The notes below the pieces were generated by a model. The model did not search any database. It worked only from the letters and a program-made list of their open reading frames with translations, and had not been told where the DNA came from. Source: an uncultured Rickettsiales bacterium (GTDB taxonomy: Bacteria > Myxococcota_A > UBA796 > UBA9615 > CAYRNR01). Taken from it: a stretch of DNA of 64,000 bases. Both the position numbers and the translations under genes were made by a program. How positions within the stretch are numbered: the first letter of the stretch is position 1; each line of letters opens with the position of its first letter. Shown in pieces: positions 18,280 to 28,245 of the stretch. The stretch spans positions 16,748 to 80,747 of the forward strand of contig CAZDDH010000004.1 of the NCBI GenBank assembly GCA_964504165.1, read 5' to 3'.

Positions 18280-19635
18280 TCAACACCCAGGTAGGTTGTA
18301 CTCCACCACCACCGACGCGTTCGGCTGGGGAATGTACGCCTCTTCGAAGACGATGGCGTTGTCCGCCTCCACCCAGGTCCATCCCTGGACGAACCCCACC
18401 TGGTCCACCGTCACCTGGATGGTCCCCGGGTAGGGGAGCTGGCTCAGCTCGAAGCGATCCCGCTCGGTGAGGTAGATGGGATCGTCCTCGTAGACCGGGG
18501 TCCAGTCCGCGTCACAGATGGCAATATCGACCCCGCCGGTCACCGCGATGGCCTCGGCGATGCGGGGTGCCCCTAGGCCCCCGTCGCAGCCGTTGGCCGT
18601 CGGATAGATGGCGCTGATACTCACGTCTGCCGGGTCGTCCTTGAGGGCCCATAGCTGGTCCACGTAGTCCTGGACGTCTGCCGGCGAGTGGTCGTCCTCG
18701 TCGGTCATGATGATGACCGCAAGCGCTGCCTCATCCCGCAGGAACCCCTCGTTGTACTCGCCGGGGTTGGTCATCGCCGGCTGTAGCGCCGCCGTGCCGT
18801 ACAGCAACGGCTGTTCGTCGCCGAAGCCACCCGTCCCCACGGTGACATTGGTGGCGTAGGCGCCCGCCGGATTGCCGGAGTTGCCGTCGATGAAACGCTC
18901 GCCACCGTTGAGGTACTCGTCAAAAGTGGTCACCACGCCGATGTGGTAGTCCACCCAGTTGTCATCAAAGAAACCGATCAGCGCGGCCCCCAACGAGGCC
19001 AGCATCTCCTGCTCCTCGTACATGGAACCCGAGCTGTCCACGACCCACAGCTGGTCCACCGGCTTCTCCGGCGGCGCCACGAATTCATCGGCGTGGGAAT
19101 CTGCCGTGACCCCCCACCCCTGGGCATAGGTCACGACGATCGGGTAATCCTCGTGATCGGTGTAGGCCTGGATCGTGACGGCGTGGTGGTCGGCGGCCGA
19201 GGGGATGAACGAGATCTGCAGGTCCAGGCCGCTGAACGGTTCCACGGACCAGGGGGGCTCGGAGGAGGCGGTGACGACGAGGGCGCCGGGATCGTTCAAC
19301 AGCACCAGCGGCAGCACCACGACGGTGGCGTCCGTGTCGTTGATCAGGGTCAGGTCGAGGATCTCCTCGCAGCCGAGCACCGTGTCCGGGAACTCCAGCT
19401 CACCGGAGAACTGAATGCCGCTCTGGCACTCGTCGTCGTAGCCGTCCACCAGCCCGTCGCAGTCGTTGTCCACGTCGTCCAGGCAGTCCTCGTCAGCGCC
19501 CGGGTAGATGCTTGCGTCCTCGGGCCCGCAGTCGGAGGAGTCCTCCCAGCCGTCGCCGTCAAAATCGAACCGCGTGTCCGTTTGGGTGCAGCCCACCAGC
19601 GGTATGGCCAATCCGATGATCCACAGCAGGCGCAT
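18280..19635 (-). CDS. Lipoprotein with an N-terminal MopE-like Cys/Asp-rich putative metal-binding repeat and a VWA-like domain.
   Basis: Lipobox LAIPLVGC. DFDGDGWEDSSDCGPEDASIYPGADEDCLDDVDNDCDG. MIDAS-like VVDSSGSM. Confidence 0.7.
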   Translation of the reverse strand: MRLLWIIGLAIPLVGCTQTDTRFDFDGDGWEDSSDCGPEDASIYPGADEDCLDDVDNDCDGLVDGYDDECQSGIQFSGELEFPDTVLGCEEILDLTLINDTDATVVVLPLVLLNDPGALVVTASSEPPWSVEPFSGLDLQISFIPSAADHHAVTIQAYTDHEDYPIVVTYAQGWGVTADSHADEFVAPPEKPVDQLWVVDSSGSMYEEQEMLASLGAALIGFFDDNWVDYHIGVVTTFDEYLNGGERFIDGNSGNPAGAYATNVTVGTGGFGDEQPLLYGTAALQPAMTNPGEYNEGFLRDEAALAVIIMTDEDDHSPADVQDYVDQLWALKDDPADVSISAIYPTANGCDGGLGAPRIAEAIAVTGGVDIAICDADWTPVYEDDPIYLTERDRFELSQLPYPGTIQVTVDQVGFVQGWTWVEADNAIVFEEAYIPQPNASVVVEYNLPGC

Positions 19636-19704
19636 GATGAACCCTCCGTCGCGTACTCCCCGACGGACAGTCTAGCTGAATGGCTGTCAGACAGCCTGCA
19701 AGAA

Positions 19705-20544
19705 TCAGGGATTGGGTGCGTACTCTTCGTATGCCGTACCGGCCAGGCGGGCCGGGTCGGTGAGCACGTCCGAGCCGTCCTCGGTGGTCAGAATGGTGTG
19801 TTCGAACTGAGCGGACAACTCCCCGTCGCGGGTGAGCACGGTCCAGCCGTCCCGCAACCGCTTGGTCTGCCAGACCCCGCGGTTGATCATCGGCTCGATG
19901 GTGAAGGTCATGCCCGCCTTCATGCGCCGAAGGTCGTCGCCGGTGTAGTAGTGGGCCACCTGCGGCTCCGAATGGAACTCCCGGCCCAGCCCGTGGCCGC
20001 AGTACTCCTGCACCACAGAGCACCCGGCGTTCACGGCGATGGGCTCGATGGCCTTGCCGATATCGGAGAAGCGAGCGCCCGGGCGCACCACATCGATACC
20101 CGCCTGCAAACAGCGCCTGGTCAGCTCGACGAGCTCGCGGGCCTCCTCGGAGACCCGCCCCACCAAGAACGTGGCGCTCGTATCCCCGTGGAATCCCGCC
20201 AGGCGGGTGGTCACGTCCACGTTGATGATGTCGCCGTCGCGCAGGGTCTGCTTGCGGCTGGGAATGCCGTGGCAGACCACCTCGTTGACGCTGGTGCAGA
20301 TGGATTTGGGGAAGCCACGGTACTTCAACGGTGCCGGGTAGGCCCCGTGGTCCATGATGAATTCGTGGCAACGCCTGTTGAGGGCCTCGGTGGAGACACC
20401 CGGTTTGACATGGGGTTCGATCATGCGCAGCGTCGCCGACGCCAGCAAACAGGTGGCGCGCATACGCTCGATCTCGGCCGGACTCTTGATCTCGATGGGC
20501 TTCACATCTACTCCCGGGGTCGCTAGCGACTCCCCGTCGGGCAT
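19705..20544 (-). CDS. map: Methionine aminopeptidase, type I.
   Basis: 279 aa with conserved CHGIP and metal-ligand residues. Confidence 0.9.
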   Translation of the reverse strand: MPDGESLATPGVDVKPIEIKSPAEIERMRATCLLASATLRMIEPHVKPGVSTEALNRRCHEFIMDHGAYPAPLKYRGFPKSICTSVNEVVCHGIPSRKQTLRDGDIINVDVTTRLAGFHGDTSATFLVGRVSEEARELVELTRRCLQAGIDVVRPGARFSDIGKAIEPIAVNAGCSVVQEYCGHGLGREFHSEPQVAHYYTGDDLRRMKAGMTFTIEPMINRGVWQTKRLRDGWTVLTRDGELSAQFEHTILTTEDGSDVLTDPARLAGTAYEEYAPNP

Positions 20545-20545
20545 C

Positions 20546-22210
20546 CTACATCAGGCCGCCACCACCACCGCCGCCGCCACTACGGCCACGGCCTCCACCG
20601 CGGCCGCCGCGACCCCGGCCACCGCTGCGGCCACGGCCACCACCACCACCGCCGCCGCCACGGCCACCACGGCCACCGCCGCCGCCACGGCCACCACGGC
20701 CACCGCCGCCGCCACGGCCACCACGGCCGCCGCCGCCGCCGCCACGGCCACCTTGCCGGCTGCGTCGGCGAGCCTCTTCGTCGGCCCGATCCTGCTCGTA
20801 GGGATCCTCACCCCGGGCTTCCGCGGCCCGGTGACGCGCGTCCATCCGCGACCAGATGAAGAACCCGCGCAAGGCCGCGGCGATGAGCCGATCGCCGTCC
20901 TTGCGATCCTTGAGCTGCTTGGCCATGTCCAGGTAGCCCTCCCAGGCCACCCGCTCCATGACCTCCTTGAGCTCGCCCACGTGGCGCTCGGTCCACATGG
21001 CCTTGGCCTCCTCGCGGGAGGGTAGCTGCTTGACGTGGAACTCGATGCCCCAGGTCCCCTCGAGGATCTTGCGGCAGCCCAGCTCCCGGCCGGACATCAG
21101 GCTGATGGCGGTGCCGGTCTTGCCGATGCGGGCGGTGCGCCCCACCCGGTGCAGGTAGCTGGCCGGGTCCTCGGGCAAGGAGTAGTTGAGCACGTGGGAA
21201 AGATCGCTGATGTCGATGCCGCGGGACGCGATATCGGTGGCTACCAGGAACCGGATCTCACCGCGCTTGATGCGGCCCATCACCCGTTCGCGCCCCTTCT
21301 GGGACAGATCGGAGCTGATGTGTTCGGCATCGATGCCCTGGCGGGACAGGAAGGCCCCCAGCATCGCCGTATCCTGGCGCGTCTGACAGAAGATGATCCC
21401 CGATTCCGGGGCCTCGATGTCGAGGATGTGCATCAGCTGGCGCGGCTTGGGGTATTCCCCCGTCGTCTCGTAAAGGATGTGCTCCATGCCATCGACGGTG
21501 CGCGTGTCCGTCGACAGGAACATCTCCTCCGGCTCGGACGCATAACGCTCCACGAGGTTACGCAGGTCCGCCTCGACGGTGGCCGAGAACAGGAACATCT
21601 GCGGCTTGGGCGGAACGTGATCGAGGATCCCGGTGACCTCCTCGAGGAAGCCCATCGAAAGCATCTCGTCCGCCTCGTCCAGGCACACGTACTTGCACTC
21701 GTCCAGGTTCATGTTCCCGCGACGCAGGTGATCCAGCACCCGGCCCGGGGTCCCGACCACCACCTCGACGCCGGCTCGGAGAGCGTCCGTCTGTGGGCCG
21801 AGCCCGACGCCGCCGTAGATGGCCGTGACGCCCACGTCCCGGTTGGCCCCCAGCTTGCCGAACTCCTCGGCGACCTGGATCGCCAGCTCCCGGGTGGGCT
21901 CCAGCACGATGGCTCGCAGCGTGCGGTCGCCATCGGGGATGTTCTGGAGCATGGGCAGGGCGAACCCCGCGGTCTTGCCGGAGCCGGTCTTGGAGCGCAC
22001 CAGCAGGTCCTTGCCCTCGACCAGCTTGGGGATGCACGCGGACTGCACGATGGTCGGGTGTGCGTATCCCATCTCTTCGATGGCCTTGAGCAACGGCTCC
22101 CCCAGGCCCAGGTCGGCCCAGCGGGTCTCCGTATCGAAGGTTCCGTCCGTTTCAGGCGTCGTTTCGGCCTGCTCGATGTTCGCTTCTTCGTTCTCGTTGG
22201 ATTCGGTCAA
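20546..22210 (-). CDS. DEAD-box ATP-dependent RNA helicase with a C-terminal RGG/Gly-Arg-rich tail.
   Basis: Q-motif, SKTGSGKT, DEAD, SAT and HRVGRTAR are present. The C-terminus is (RGGRGGGGG)n. Confidence 0.9.
   Translation of the reverse strand: MTESNENEEANIEQAETTPETDGTFDTETRWADLGLGEPLLKAIEEMGYAHPTIVQSACIPKLVEGKDLLVRSKTGSGKTAGFALPMLQNIPDGDRTLRAIVLEPTRELAIQVAEEFGKLGANRDVGVTAIYGGVGLGPQTDALRAGVEVVVGTPGRVLDHLRRGNMNLDECKYVCLDEADEMLSMGFLEEVTGILDHVPPKPQMFLFSATVEADLRNLVERYASEPEEMFLSTDTRTVDGMEHILYETTGEYPKPRQLMHILDIEAPESGIIFCQTRQDTAMLGAFLSRQGIDAEHISSDLSQKGRERVMGRIKRGEIRFLVATDIASRGIDISDLSHVLNYSLPEDPASYLHRVGRTARIGKTGTAISLMSGRELGCRKILEGTWGIEFHVKQLPSREEAKAMWTERHVGELKEVMERVAWEGYLDMAKQLKDRKDGDRLIAAALRGFFIWSRMDARHRAAEARGEDPYEQDRADEEARRRSRQGGRGGGGGGRGGRGGGGGRGGRGGGGGRGGRGGGGGGGGRGRSGGRGRGGRGGGRGRSGGGGGGGGLM
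20560..20790. repeat. Tandem ~30-nt GC-rich repeat encoding the RGG/GGR tail of the helicase.
   Basis: gccacggccaccacggccaccgccgccgcc-like units repeated at least three times. Confidence 0.8.
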
Positions 22211-22243
22211 GAGGTCTCCTGCTCTGTTCGATCGATGCGGCCA

Positions 22244-23554
22244 TCAGTGGCCGGTGATGATGTGGAACTCCACGCGCCGGTTGAGGACGCGGCCGTCCTG
22301 GGAATCCTCGGCGATGGGCTGGGTCTCGCCGAAGCCGATGGCCACCAGGCGCCGCTCCGAGATGCCCCTGTTGACCAGGTAACGCATCACGGATTCGGCC
22401 CGCCGCTGGCTCAACTCCATGTTGTAGTTGTCATCCCCCTCGGCGCTGGCATGACCCTGGATCTCGAGACAAATCTCCTCGTACTTCATCAGGATGTCGG
22501 CTGCGTCGTTGAGGGTCTTGAAGCTGGACTCCTTCAGCTCGTCGCTGTCCACTTTGAAGTTGATGCCCCGGATCACGCCGACGATGCTCAGCAGGTTGGG
22601 GGGAACCTCGTCCGGGCAGCCATCCTCGTCCTCGAAGCCGTTGGGGTTCTCCGGGTCGTTGGGGCACAGGTCGTCCTTGTCCATGACGCCGTCCCGATCG
22701 TTGTCCTTCTCGGGGCAGCCGTCCGCGTCCTCGAAGCCGTCCTCATCCTCCGAATGGTTGGGACATTCGTCCTCGTCATCGGGGAACCCGTCGCGGTCGT
22801 TGTCCGTGTCCGGGCAGCCGTCCCAGTCCTCGAACTCGTCAAAATCCTCCGGAACGTCGGGGCAGTCATCCACCTTGGAGGGGATGCCGTCGCCGTCCGG
22901 ATCATCCGGGGGCCCGCCCAGCAGGCCGAAAAGGGCGCCGGTGATGGTCAGGTTGTCCCACCGGTCCCGCAGCTGGTCGTCCACCAGGATCGCTTCGGCC
23001 GGGGTGCTGGGGCCCAGCACCATGGTGTAGCGGGCGTCGATGCGCAGCCCCAGCCGGCTGATGAACAGGATCTTGACCCCGCCCCCCGCGTTCCACGCGA
23101 AGTCCGTGTCCGGGTTCTTGGGCTGGAGGTTCTGCTCGTCCGTCACCTCGCCCTCGGACTGGCGGTTGATCTGGAAGTAACGCATGCCGGCGCCCATGGT
23201 GAGGAAAGGCACGGCCGGCCACTTGCCCATGTGGAACACCAGGTTCAATCCCGGGAGCAGGACGTCGGTCTTGCGCTGGGTCTGGTGGGTCAGGGTCGGG
23301 CAGTACCCCACCGCAGCTTCCAGGGCGATGTACTCGTTGAAGTTGAACCCGAAGCGGCCGCCGAAGATGCCGTTGTTGACGAAGTTCTCTTCCTCCTGGA
23401 AGAACACGTGGTACCCACCGAACACCTCGATGGAGACGCTGCGGGGCTTGATGCCGGGGATGCTCCAGATCTGTTCCGCACCGGCAAATCCGGCGGGCAA
23501 CACACCCACGAGCAAGCCCATCAGGGGCACCAACACGGTCCATCTCGTTCGCAT
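22244..23554 (-). CDS. OmpA-family outer-membrane protein: N-terminal beta-barrel, thrombospondin type-3-like Asp-rich Ca-binding repeats and a C-terminal OmpA peptidoglycan-binding domain.
   Basis: Signal peptide present. Repeated DxDxDGxxDxxDxCP motifs. C-terminal ...NRRVEF OmpA-like domain. Confidence 0.85.
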   Translation of the reverse strand: MRTRWTVLVPLMGLLVGVLPAGFAGAEQIWSIPGIKPRSVSIEVFGGYHVFFQEEENFVNNGIFGGRFGFNFNEYIALEAAVGYCPTLTHQTQRKTDVLLPGLNLVFHMGKWPAVPFLTMGAGMRYFQINRQSEGEVTDEQNLQPKNPDTDFAWNAGGGVKILFISRLGLRIDARYTMVLGPSTPAEAILVDDQLRDRWDNLTITGALFGLLGGPPDDPDGDGIPSKVDDCPDVPEDFDEFEDWDGCPDTDNDRDGFPDDEDECPNHSEDEDGFEDADGCPEKDNDRDGVMDKDDLCPNDPENPNGFEDEDGCPDEVPPNLLSIVGVIRGINFKVDSDELKESSFKTLNDAADILMKYEEICLEIQGHASAEGDDNYNMELSQRRAESVMRYLVNRGISERRLVAIGFGETQPIAEDSQDGRVLNRRVEFHIITGH

Positions 23555-23692
23555 ACAGCCGCCTTCTCCACGTGCGCTGCTCGCCGATTCCCTCCCGAGT
23601 TTGTCGTCGTGACGGGTCTCGATGCGCCCGGCGAGCCGTTCCCATATAACCGGAACACGCGCCCGTTACAATCCTGAGCTATCCTGCACGCC

Positions 23693-25168
23693 ATGCGCTG
23701 GACGCCGCCTCCATCATCGATAGTCCGCCTCCTGGTGGGGGCGCTACTCCTCGCGGCGTCCGGCTGCGTGGAGCCTGTCCCCGGAGCCATCGAGCATGTC
23801 ATCGACGGTGGATTCGACCACTGGCCCGCCACCGCCGCTCAGGGCGGGGATGCATGGAAACTCCAGGGTTCGGCCACACTGACCGTGCCACAGAGCAACC
23901 GGCGGCTGGCCATCCGCGCCAGCGGTTCCGAGGCCGCAGGGACCCAGGCCCATATCCCCGTGATCCCGGGGCGTCAGCTACGCCTCACGCTGCGGCACCG
24001 CGGGGGGGCTGGGCGGCTGGAGCTAGATCTGGACGACAGCAGCGACTCCCGGGTGACCGATCTGCCGGCCGCCGATGGCTGGACCACGCTGGAGACCGAT
24101 CTGACGCCGGCGCGGGACGGTATCGCCCTGCGCCTCCTCGACCTCCCCGGGGACAACAAGGTGCTGAAGGTGGACGACGTCAGCCTCACCGAATCGGCCG
24201 CGGGGAACAGCCGCTACGAGCCCCCCATCCGCGTCCTGCTGGTGGTCCACGCCAAATCGCCCAACGACGAGGAGACCTACTGGCAGCGCCGCAGCGATCT
24301 GGACGAGGTCGTGGCGTTGGCGGAGAGCCACGGCCTACGGCTGACGCTGCTGCTCAACGGGCCCTTTGCCGAATGGGCCGCCAATCTGGACGATGGGCCG
24401 TATTACACGTCGCTGCAGGAGCGTGGGCACGAGATCGGCACGCACATCGAGGCCACCTACCACGAGGCGCACATGGACTGGGAGGCCGCGGACATGTTCG
24501 CCGAGGGGATGGCCGATCAAGAGTGGGGGGATCACCGGCGCTGGGTGGACGAGCTGGTGGACCCGGGGCAGAACACCACCGTGGCCGCCTACGCCCCGGT
24601 GGAACAGATGGCCACCTTGATGGCCGGCCACGGCTTCGAGCTGGACCTCTCGTCGGCGGCCATCAACACCCCGGCCGGGGCCTCCCGCGAGGCGGTGCCC
24701 TGGCACTATCTGGGCCACCATCCCCATCACCCCTTCCGGCCGGCGGACAGCGCGGTGGACGGGCAGGAGCTGCTGGGGGATCCGTCGGCCCCTTACATCT
24801 CGGTGACCCACGCCGCCCAGGTCGGGCGATCCGACGCCCACGGCGCGCCCTGCTACGAGGAGGACTACCGGCGCCTGTTCCAGCAGCAGCTCCGGCGCTG
24901 GACCGCCCACCAGCGGGTGGCTTCCGCCGACGGTCAAGATCAGGTCTGGGTTTTCGGGATCCTGCACCACCTGGGTCAGCACGAAAACCACGCCGAGGAC
25001 CTCGAGGCCCTGCTCGCGGCCGTGGAAGAGTTGGCCCTGACCGCCATCACCGACGAGGGGAATCCGGTGGCCACGGGGGCCACGGCGGCGGACGTCTCAG
25101 AGGAATATCGCCAGTGGGAGATCGACCATCCCGACGAACCAGGATTCTCCTTCACCTTGCCCCGATAG
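23693..25168 (+). CDS. Hypothetical lipoprotein; the C-terminal region may be polysaccharide-deacetylase- or glycoside-hydrolase-like.
   Basis: Lipobox LLLAASGC. 491 aa. Family assignment is weak. Confidence 0.55.
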   Translation: MRWTPPPSSIVRLLVGALLLAASGCVEPVPGAIEHVIDGGFDHWPATAAQGGDAWKLQGSATLTVPQSNRRLAIRASGSEAAGTQAHIPVIPGRQLRLTLRHRGGAGRLELDLDDSSDSRVTDLPAADGWTTLETDLTPARDGIALRLLDLPGDNKVLKVDDVSLTESAAGNSRYEPPIRVLLVVHAKSPNDEETYWQRRSDLDEVVALAESHGLRLTLLLNGPFAEWAANLDDGPYYTSLQERGHEIGTHIEATYHEAHMDWEAADMFAEGMADQEWGDHRRWVDELVDPGQNTTVAAYAPVEQMATLMAGHGFELDLSSAAINTPAGASREAVPWHYLGHHPHHPFRPADSAVDGQELLGDPSAPYISVTHAAQVGRSDAHGAPCYEEDYRRLFQQQLRRWTAHQRVASADGQDQVWVFGILHHLGQHENHAEDLEALLAAVEELALTAITDEGNPVATGATAADVSEEYRQWEIDHPDEPGFSFTLPR

Positions 25169-25207
25169 CTCACTCCAGGTGACAATGATCGGGAGAGGAC
25201 TTCAACC

Positions 25208-25657
25208 GTGAAAAAGAAATTTACCGTCAAGGACGTGATGTCCACCGATCTCATTACTTTGCAGGAAGATGAGACGCTGGATCTGGTGCAGCAGGTGATG
25301 CGTCTAGGCCGTGTCCGCCATCTGCCCGTCACACGCAGCGGCGCCCTGGTCGGGCTGATCACGCACCGCGATCTGTTGAGGGCCTCCATCAGCGCCCTCG
25401 CCGACATCGGCGAGGACGAGCGCATGGAGCTGCTCTCCCAGGTGAAGGTGAGCGAGATCATGAACAAGGACATCAAGACCATCACGCTGGATCAGCCGTT
25501 GATGAAGGTGGCCGAGACCCTGCTGGTCAACCGATTCGGTTGCTTACCGGTGGTGGGAGAGTCAGGCCGCCTGATCGGCATCGTCACCGAGGCCGATTTC
25601 CTGCGCTACTCGATGGTGCTGACCCAGCAGCTGGATGAACTCGAAGCCGCCCTCTGA
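25208..25657 (+). CDS. CBS-domain pair protein.
   Basis: Two CBS-like repeats (ITLQEDETL...HLPV and ITLDQPL...CLPVVGESGRLIGIVT). Confidence 0.8.
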   Translation: MKKKFTVKDVMSTDLITLQEDETLDLVQQVMRLGRVRHLPVTRSGALVGLITHRDLLRASISALADIGEDERMELLSQVKVSEIMNKDIKTITLDQPLMKVAETLLVNRFGCLPVVGESGRLIGIVTEADFLRYSMVLTQQLDELEAAL

Positions 25658-25677
25658 TCCGGCGCCCGGCAGGCGAA

Positions 25678-26637
25678 CTATTTCCACCCCGCCCTGTTCA
25701 GGTACGTCTTGACCTCTTGAACCGCCAGCTCGTGTAGGGCGGCCTTGTCGATGACCGTGGGTTCCACGTCCGGAGCCTTGTGGGAGCCCTTGTTGAGGAT
25801 GCGGTACGACTGGTGGAGGAACCATCCCCCCACCATGCCCACGTCCCCGGCACCGCCATCCATGGTCAACCCGCGGGCATCGACCTCCGCCTGACGGAAG
25901 CGGGACGCCAGCCCGTCGAGGCGCATGGCCTTGAGGCAGCCTTCCCGACGCATCGTACAGGCCACGAACCCCTCTGGCAGGTAACGCACCAGCAGCAGGT
26001 CGGCCCCGTTGTAGCGGCCCGCCCGTGCCGCAGCCGAGCTGGAACTCTCCATCGTCAACACGGTGGCGTCCCCGACCTCGCTGCGGATGGCGTCGTCCGC
26101 ATCGTCCAGCGCCTGGAACCAGGCCCGCTCCACGGCCACGATGGCGTCGAAGACCGGCTCGGCGTCATGGTAGACCCGCTCGCCCTGCCCGGGGTGCAGC
26201 TGGTTGAAGCCGTTGATGATGGCCGGCAGGGCCACCGCATGGTCGATGGGATCCCGGCTGCGGATCGATTGCCCCTTGAGATCCTGGCGGGAACCGAAGG
26301 CCAGCACCTTGCGAAGCTCGGGGAGGTTGCGCACCCCCAGGTGTTCGGCGAGCAGCTCGGCGGCGGCGGCGTCCAGGTTGCCACTACCCGGCCGGTCCCG
26401 GCGGGGGTGGTTGTCGAAGCGGCCGCCCCCCAGGTCGACGACCAGCAGCCCCTGCTCTTCCAGCGCCTCCGGGCCGCCGGCTTCTTCCACCGCCATGGGC
26501 GACATGAAGCGCAGCTCGCATGTGTCGCAGCCGGGGAAGTCCCGCGCTCCGTAGCGCCGCAGCAGGTAGATGCACAGGAGGGCATCCAGGTCGGGGAAGG
26601 GATGGGTGACGATAGCCCGGATGTGGTCTTCGCTCAC
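25678..26637 (-). CDS. Hypothetical protein, possibly a DHH-superfamily-like phosphoesterase (DxD ... DNH motifs). Translationally coupled by GTGA to the upstream HD-GYP gene.
   Basis: HPFPDLDALL, VVDLGGG and FDNHP motifs resemble DHH motifs I-III. The assignment is tentative. Confidence 0.45.
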   Translation of the reverse strand: MSEDHIRAIVTHPFPDLDALLCIYLLRRYGARDFPGCDTCELRFMSPMAVEEAGGPEALEEQGLLVVDLGGGRFDNHPRRDRPGSGNLDAAAAELLAEHLGVRNLPELRKVLAFGSRQDLKGQSIRSRDPIDHAVALPAIINGFNQLHPGQGERVYHDAEPVFDAIVAVERAWFQALDDADDAIRSEVGDATVLTMESSSSAAARAGRYNGADLLLVRYLPEGFVACTMRREGCLKAMRLDGLASRFRQAEVDARGLTMDGGAGDVGMVGGWFLHQSYRILNKGSHKAPDVEPTVIDKAALHELAVQEVKTYLNRAGWK

Positions 26638-28229
26638 GGGTCGCCGCCTTCCGCAGCGATGAACTTGGCCAGTTCGTCGCGCAGCTCTTCTTCTACGTAT
26701 CGAAGGAATTCGTCCACGAACGCGGGATCCCAGCGCCGTCGCTTGCCATCCTTGAGGATATCGATGACCCGCTGGAGGGGCATGGGGTCCCGGTAATGAC
26801 GCTCCTTGGTCAGGGCGTCGAAAACATCCGCGATGCCGATCATCTGGCCCGCTTCGGGGAAGTCGTCGGCGGAGAGGCCGAAGGGGTACCCTTTGCCGTC
26901 CAGGCGCTCGTGATGGGTGGCGGCCATGAACGGCAGATTCTCCATCCCCTCGGGAAAATGGATCCGCGCGAGGATGTCGTGGGTCAGCTGCGGGTGGGCC
27001 TTGATGGCCATGAACTCGGCGTCGTCGAGCTTGCCCGGCTTACGCAGCACCGCGTCGTCGACGCCGATCTTGCCGTAGTCGTGGAGCAGCCCGGCCCAGT
27101 AAATCTGCTTGCACTCCTCCGGGGGACGCCCAAGGCGCTCGGCCAGCCGGCGAGAGTAGGTGGCCACCCGTTTGGAATGGCCCGAGGTCATGTTGTCGCG
27201 AGCGTCGATGCTGGCCGCCAGGGTCTCCATCAGGCTCTCGAGCATGCGCTCCTGCTCAGATACCAGGTACAGCGTCTCCAGGGCGATGCCCAGCTGGCGC
27301 CCCACGGCCAGCAGGAACTCCAGCATCTCGTCGTCGTACGGGGTGCGCATGGTCAAGGTGTCGGTGTACAGGGCACCCCAGACGCGCTTCATGCTGGTGA
27401 TGGGGGCCACCATCACCGACCGCACCGCCTGGAAGGCCAGCGTCTCCGCGGCGGCCAGGCGCTCGTCCTGCGGTGCGTCCCGGCTGACCATGCCCACCCG
27501 ATCCCGCATCACCAGGCCGGTGATGACTCGGGACGGCTGGAACGAGGCCAGGTTGCCCGTCGTGGCTCGCACCGCCACGGCCACCTGCTCTTCGGCCCCC
27601 GGCTCCTTGATGATCACCGCGGCCCGCTCACCGGGCAGCTGGTCCACCACCGAATCCAGGATCAGCTCGTACATCTTCTCCTGTTCGCGGCTGGACGTCA
27701 GCGCGGCGGTGAGTTCGTACAGGCAGCCCAGCCGGCGCACGGACTCCAGGTCCTTGCGCTGGGCGGTGATCTCCCCCATCACGTAGCGGGACTGTTCCAG
27801 ATCGAGGGTCCGCAGGATCTGCGTGCCCGGATCCGGCTTGAGCGTGTCGGCGCCGGCGGACGCCGTCTCGACCCGGCGGCCGAGCTTGACCGCGTGCCCC
27901 CCCGGTGCGCCCACGTGCACCCAGGTGTCCAGCGGGATGGGCATCTCTCGGATGCGCATCCCGTGGAGATAGGAGCCCGAAGTGCTGGACAGGTCCTTGT
28001 AGAGCCACCGTTCCCCGTCCTTCTGGATCAAGGCGTGGCGGCGGGAAACAAACTGGCTTGCAATGCAGATGTCCGAGCTGCTGCTGCGGCCGATCAGCGC
28101 CTTGCCGGCCTGGATCGGATAGGTCGATTCGGTGCCCTGTTTGTCGCGGTGGACGATGAAATAGGACGTGGCAGGCTCGGTACCCATGATCGGGTGATCG
28201 TATCTGGCTAGTACGTTCGGATCCAGCAC
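26634..28229 (-). CDS. FHA-GAF-HD-GYP multidomain protein, a putative c-di-GMP phosphodiesterase.
   Basis: N-terminal FHA (GRSSSSDICIASQFVSRRHALI), central GAF-like region, HD (LLHDYGK) and HHERLDGKGYP motifs. Start is GTG at 28229 or ATG at 28187. Confidence 0.85.
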   Translation of the reverse strand: MLDPNVLARYDHPIMGTEPATSYFIVHRDKQGTESTYPIQAGKALIGRSSSSDICIASQFVSRRHALIQKDGERWLYKDLSSTSGSYLHGMRIREMPIPLDTWVHVGAPGGHAVKLGRRVETASAGADTLKPDPGTQILRTLDLEQSRYVMGEITAQRKDLESVRRLGCLYELTAALTSSREQEKMYELILDSVVDQLPGERAAVIIKEPGAEEQVAVAVRATTGNLASFQPSRVITGLVMRDRVGMVSRDAPQDERLAAAETLAFQAVRSVMVAPITSMKRVWGALYTDTLTMRTPYDDEMLEFLLAVGRQLGIALETLYLVSEQERMLESLMETLAASIDARDNMTSGHSKRVATYSRRLAERLGRPPEECKQIYWAGLLHDYGKIGVDDAVLRKPGKLDDAEFMAIKAHPQLTHDILARIHFPEGMENLPFMAATHHERLDGKGYPFGLSADDFPEAGQMIGIADVFDALTKERHYRDPMPLQRVIDILKDGKRRRWDPAFVDEFLRYVEEELRDELAKFIAAEGGDP

Positions 28230-28245
28230 CGAAGGACAAGTTGGG

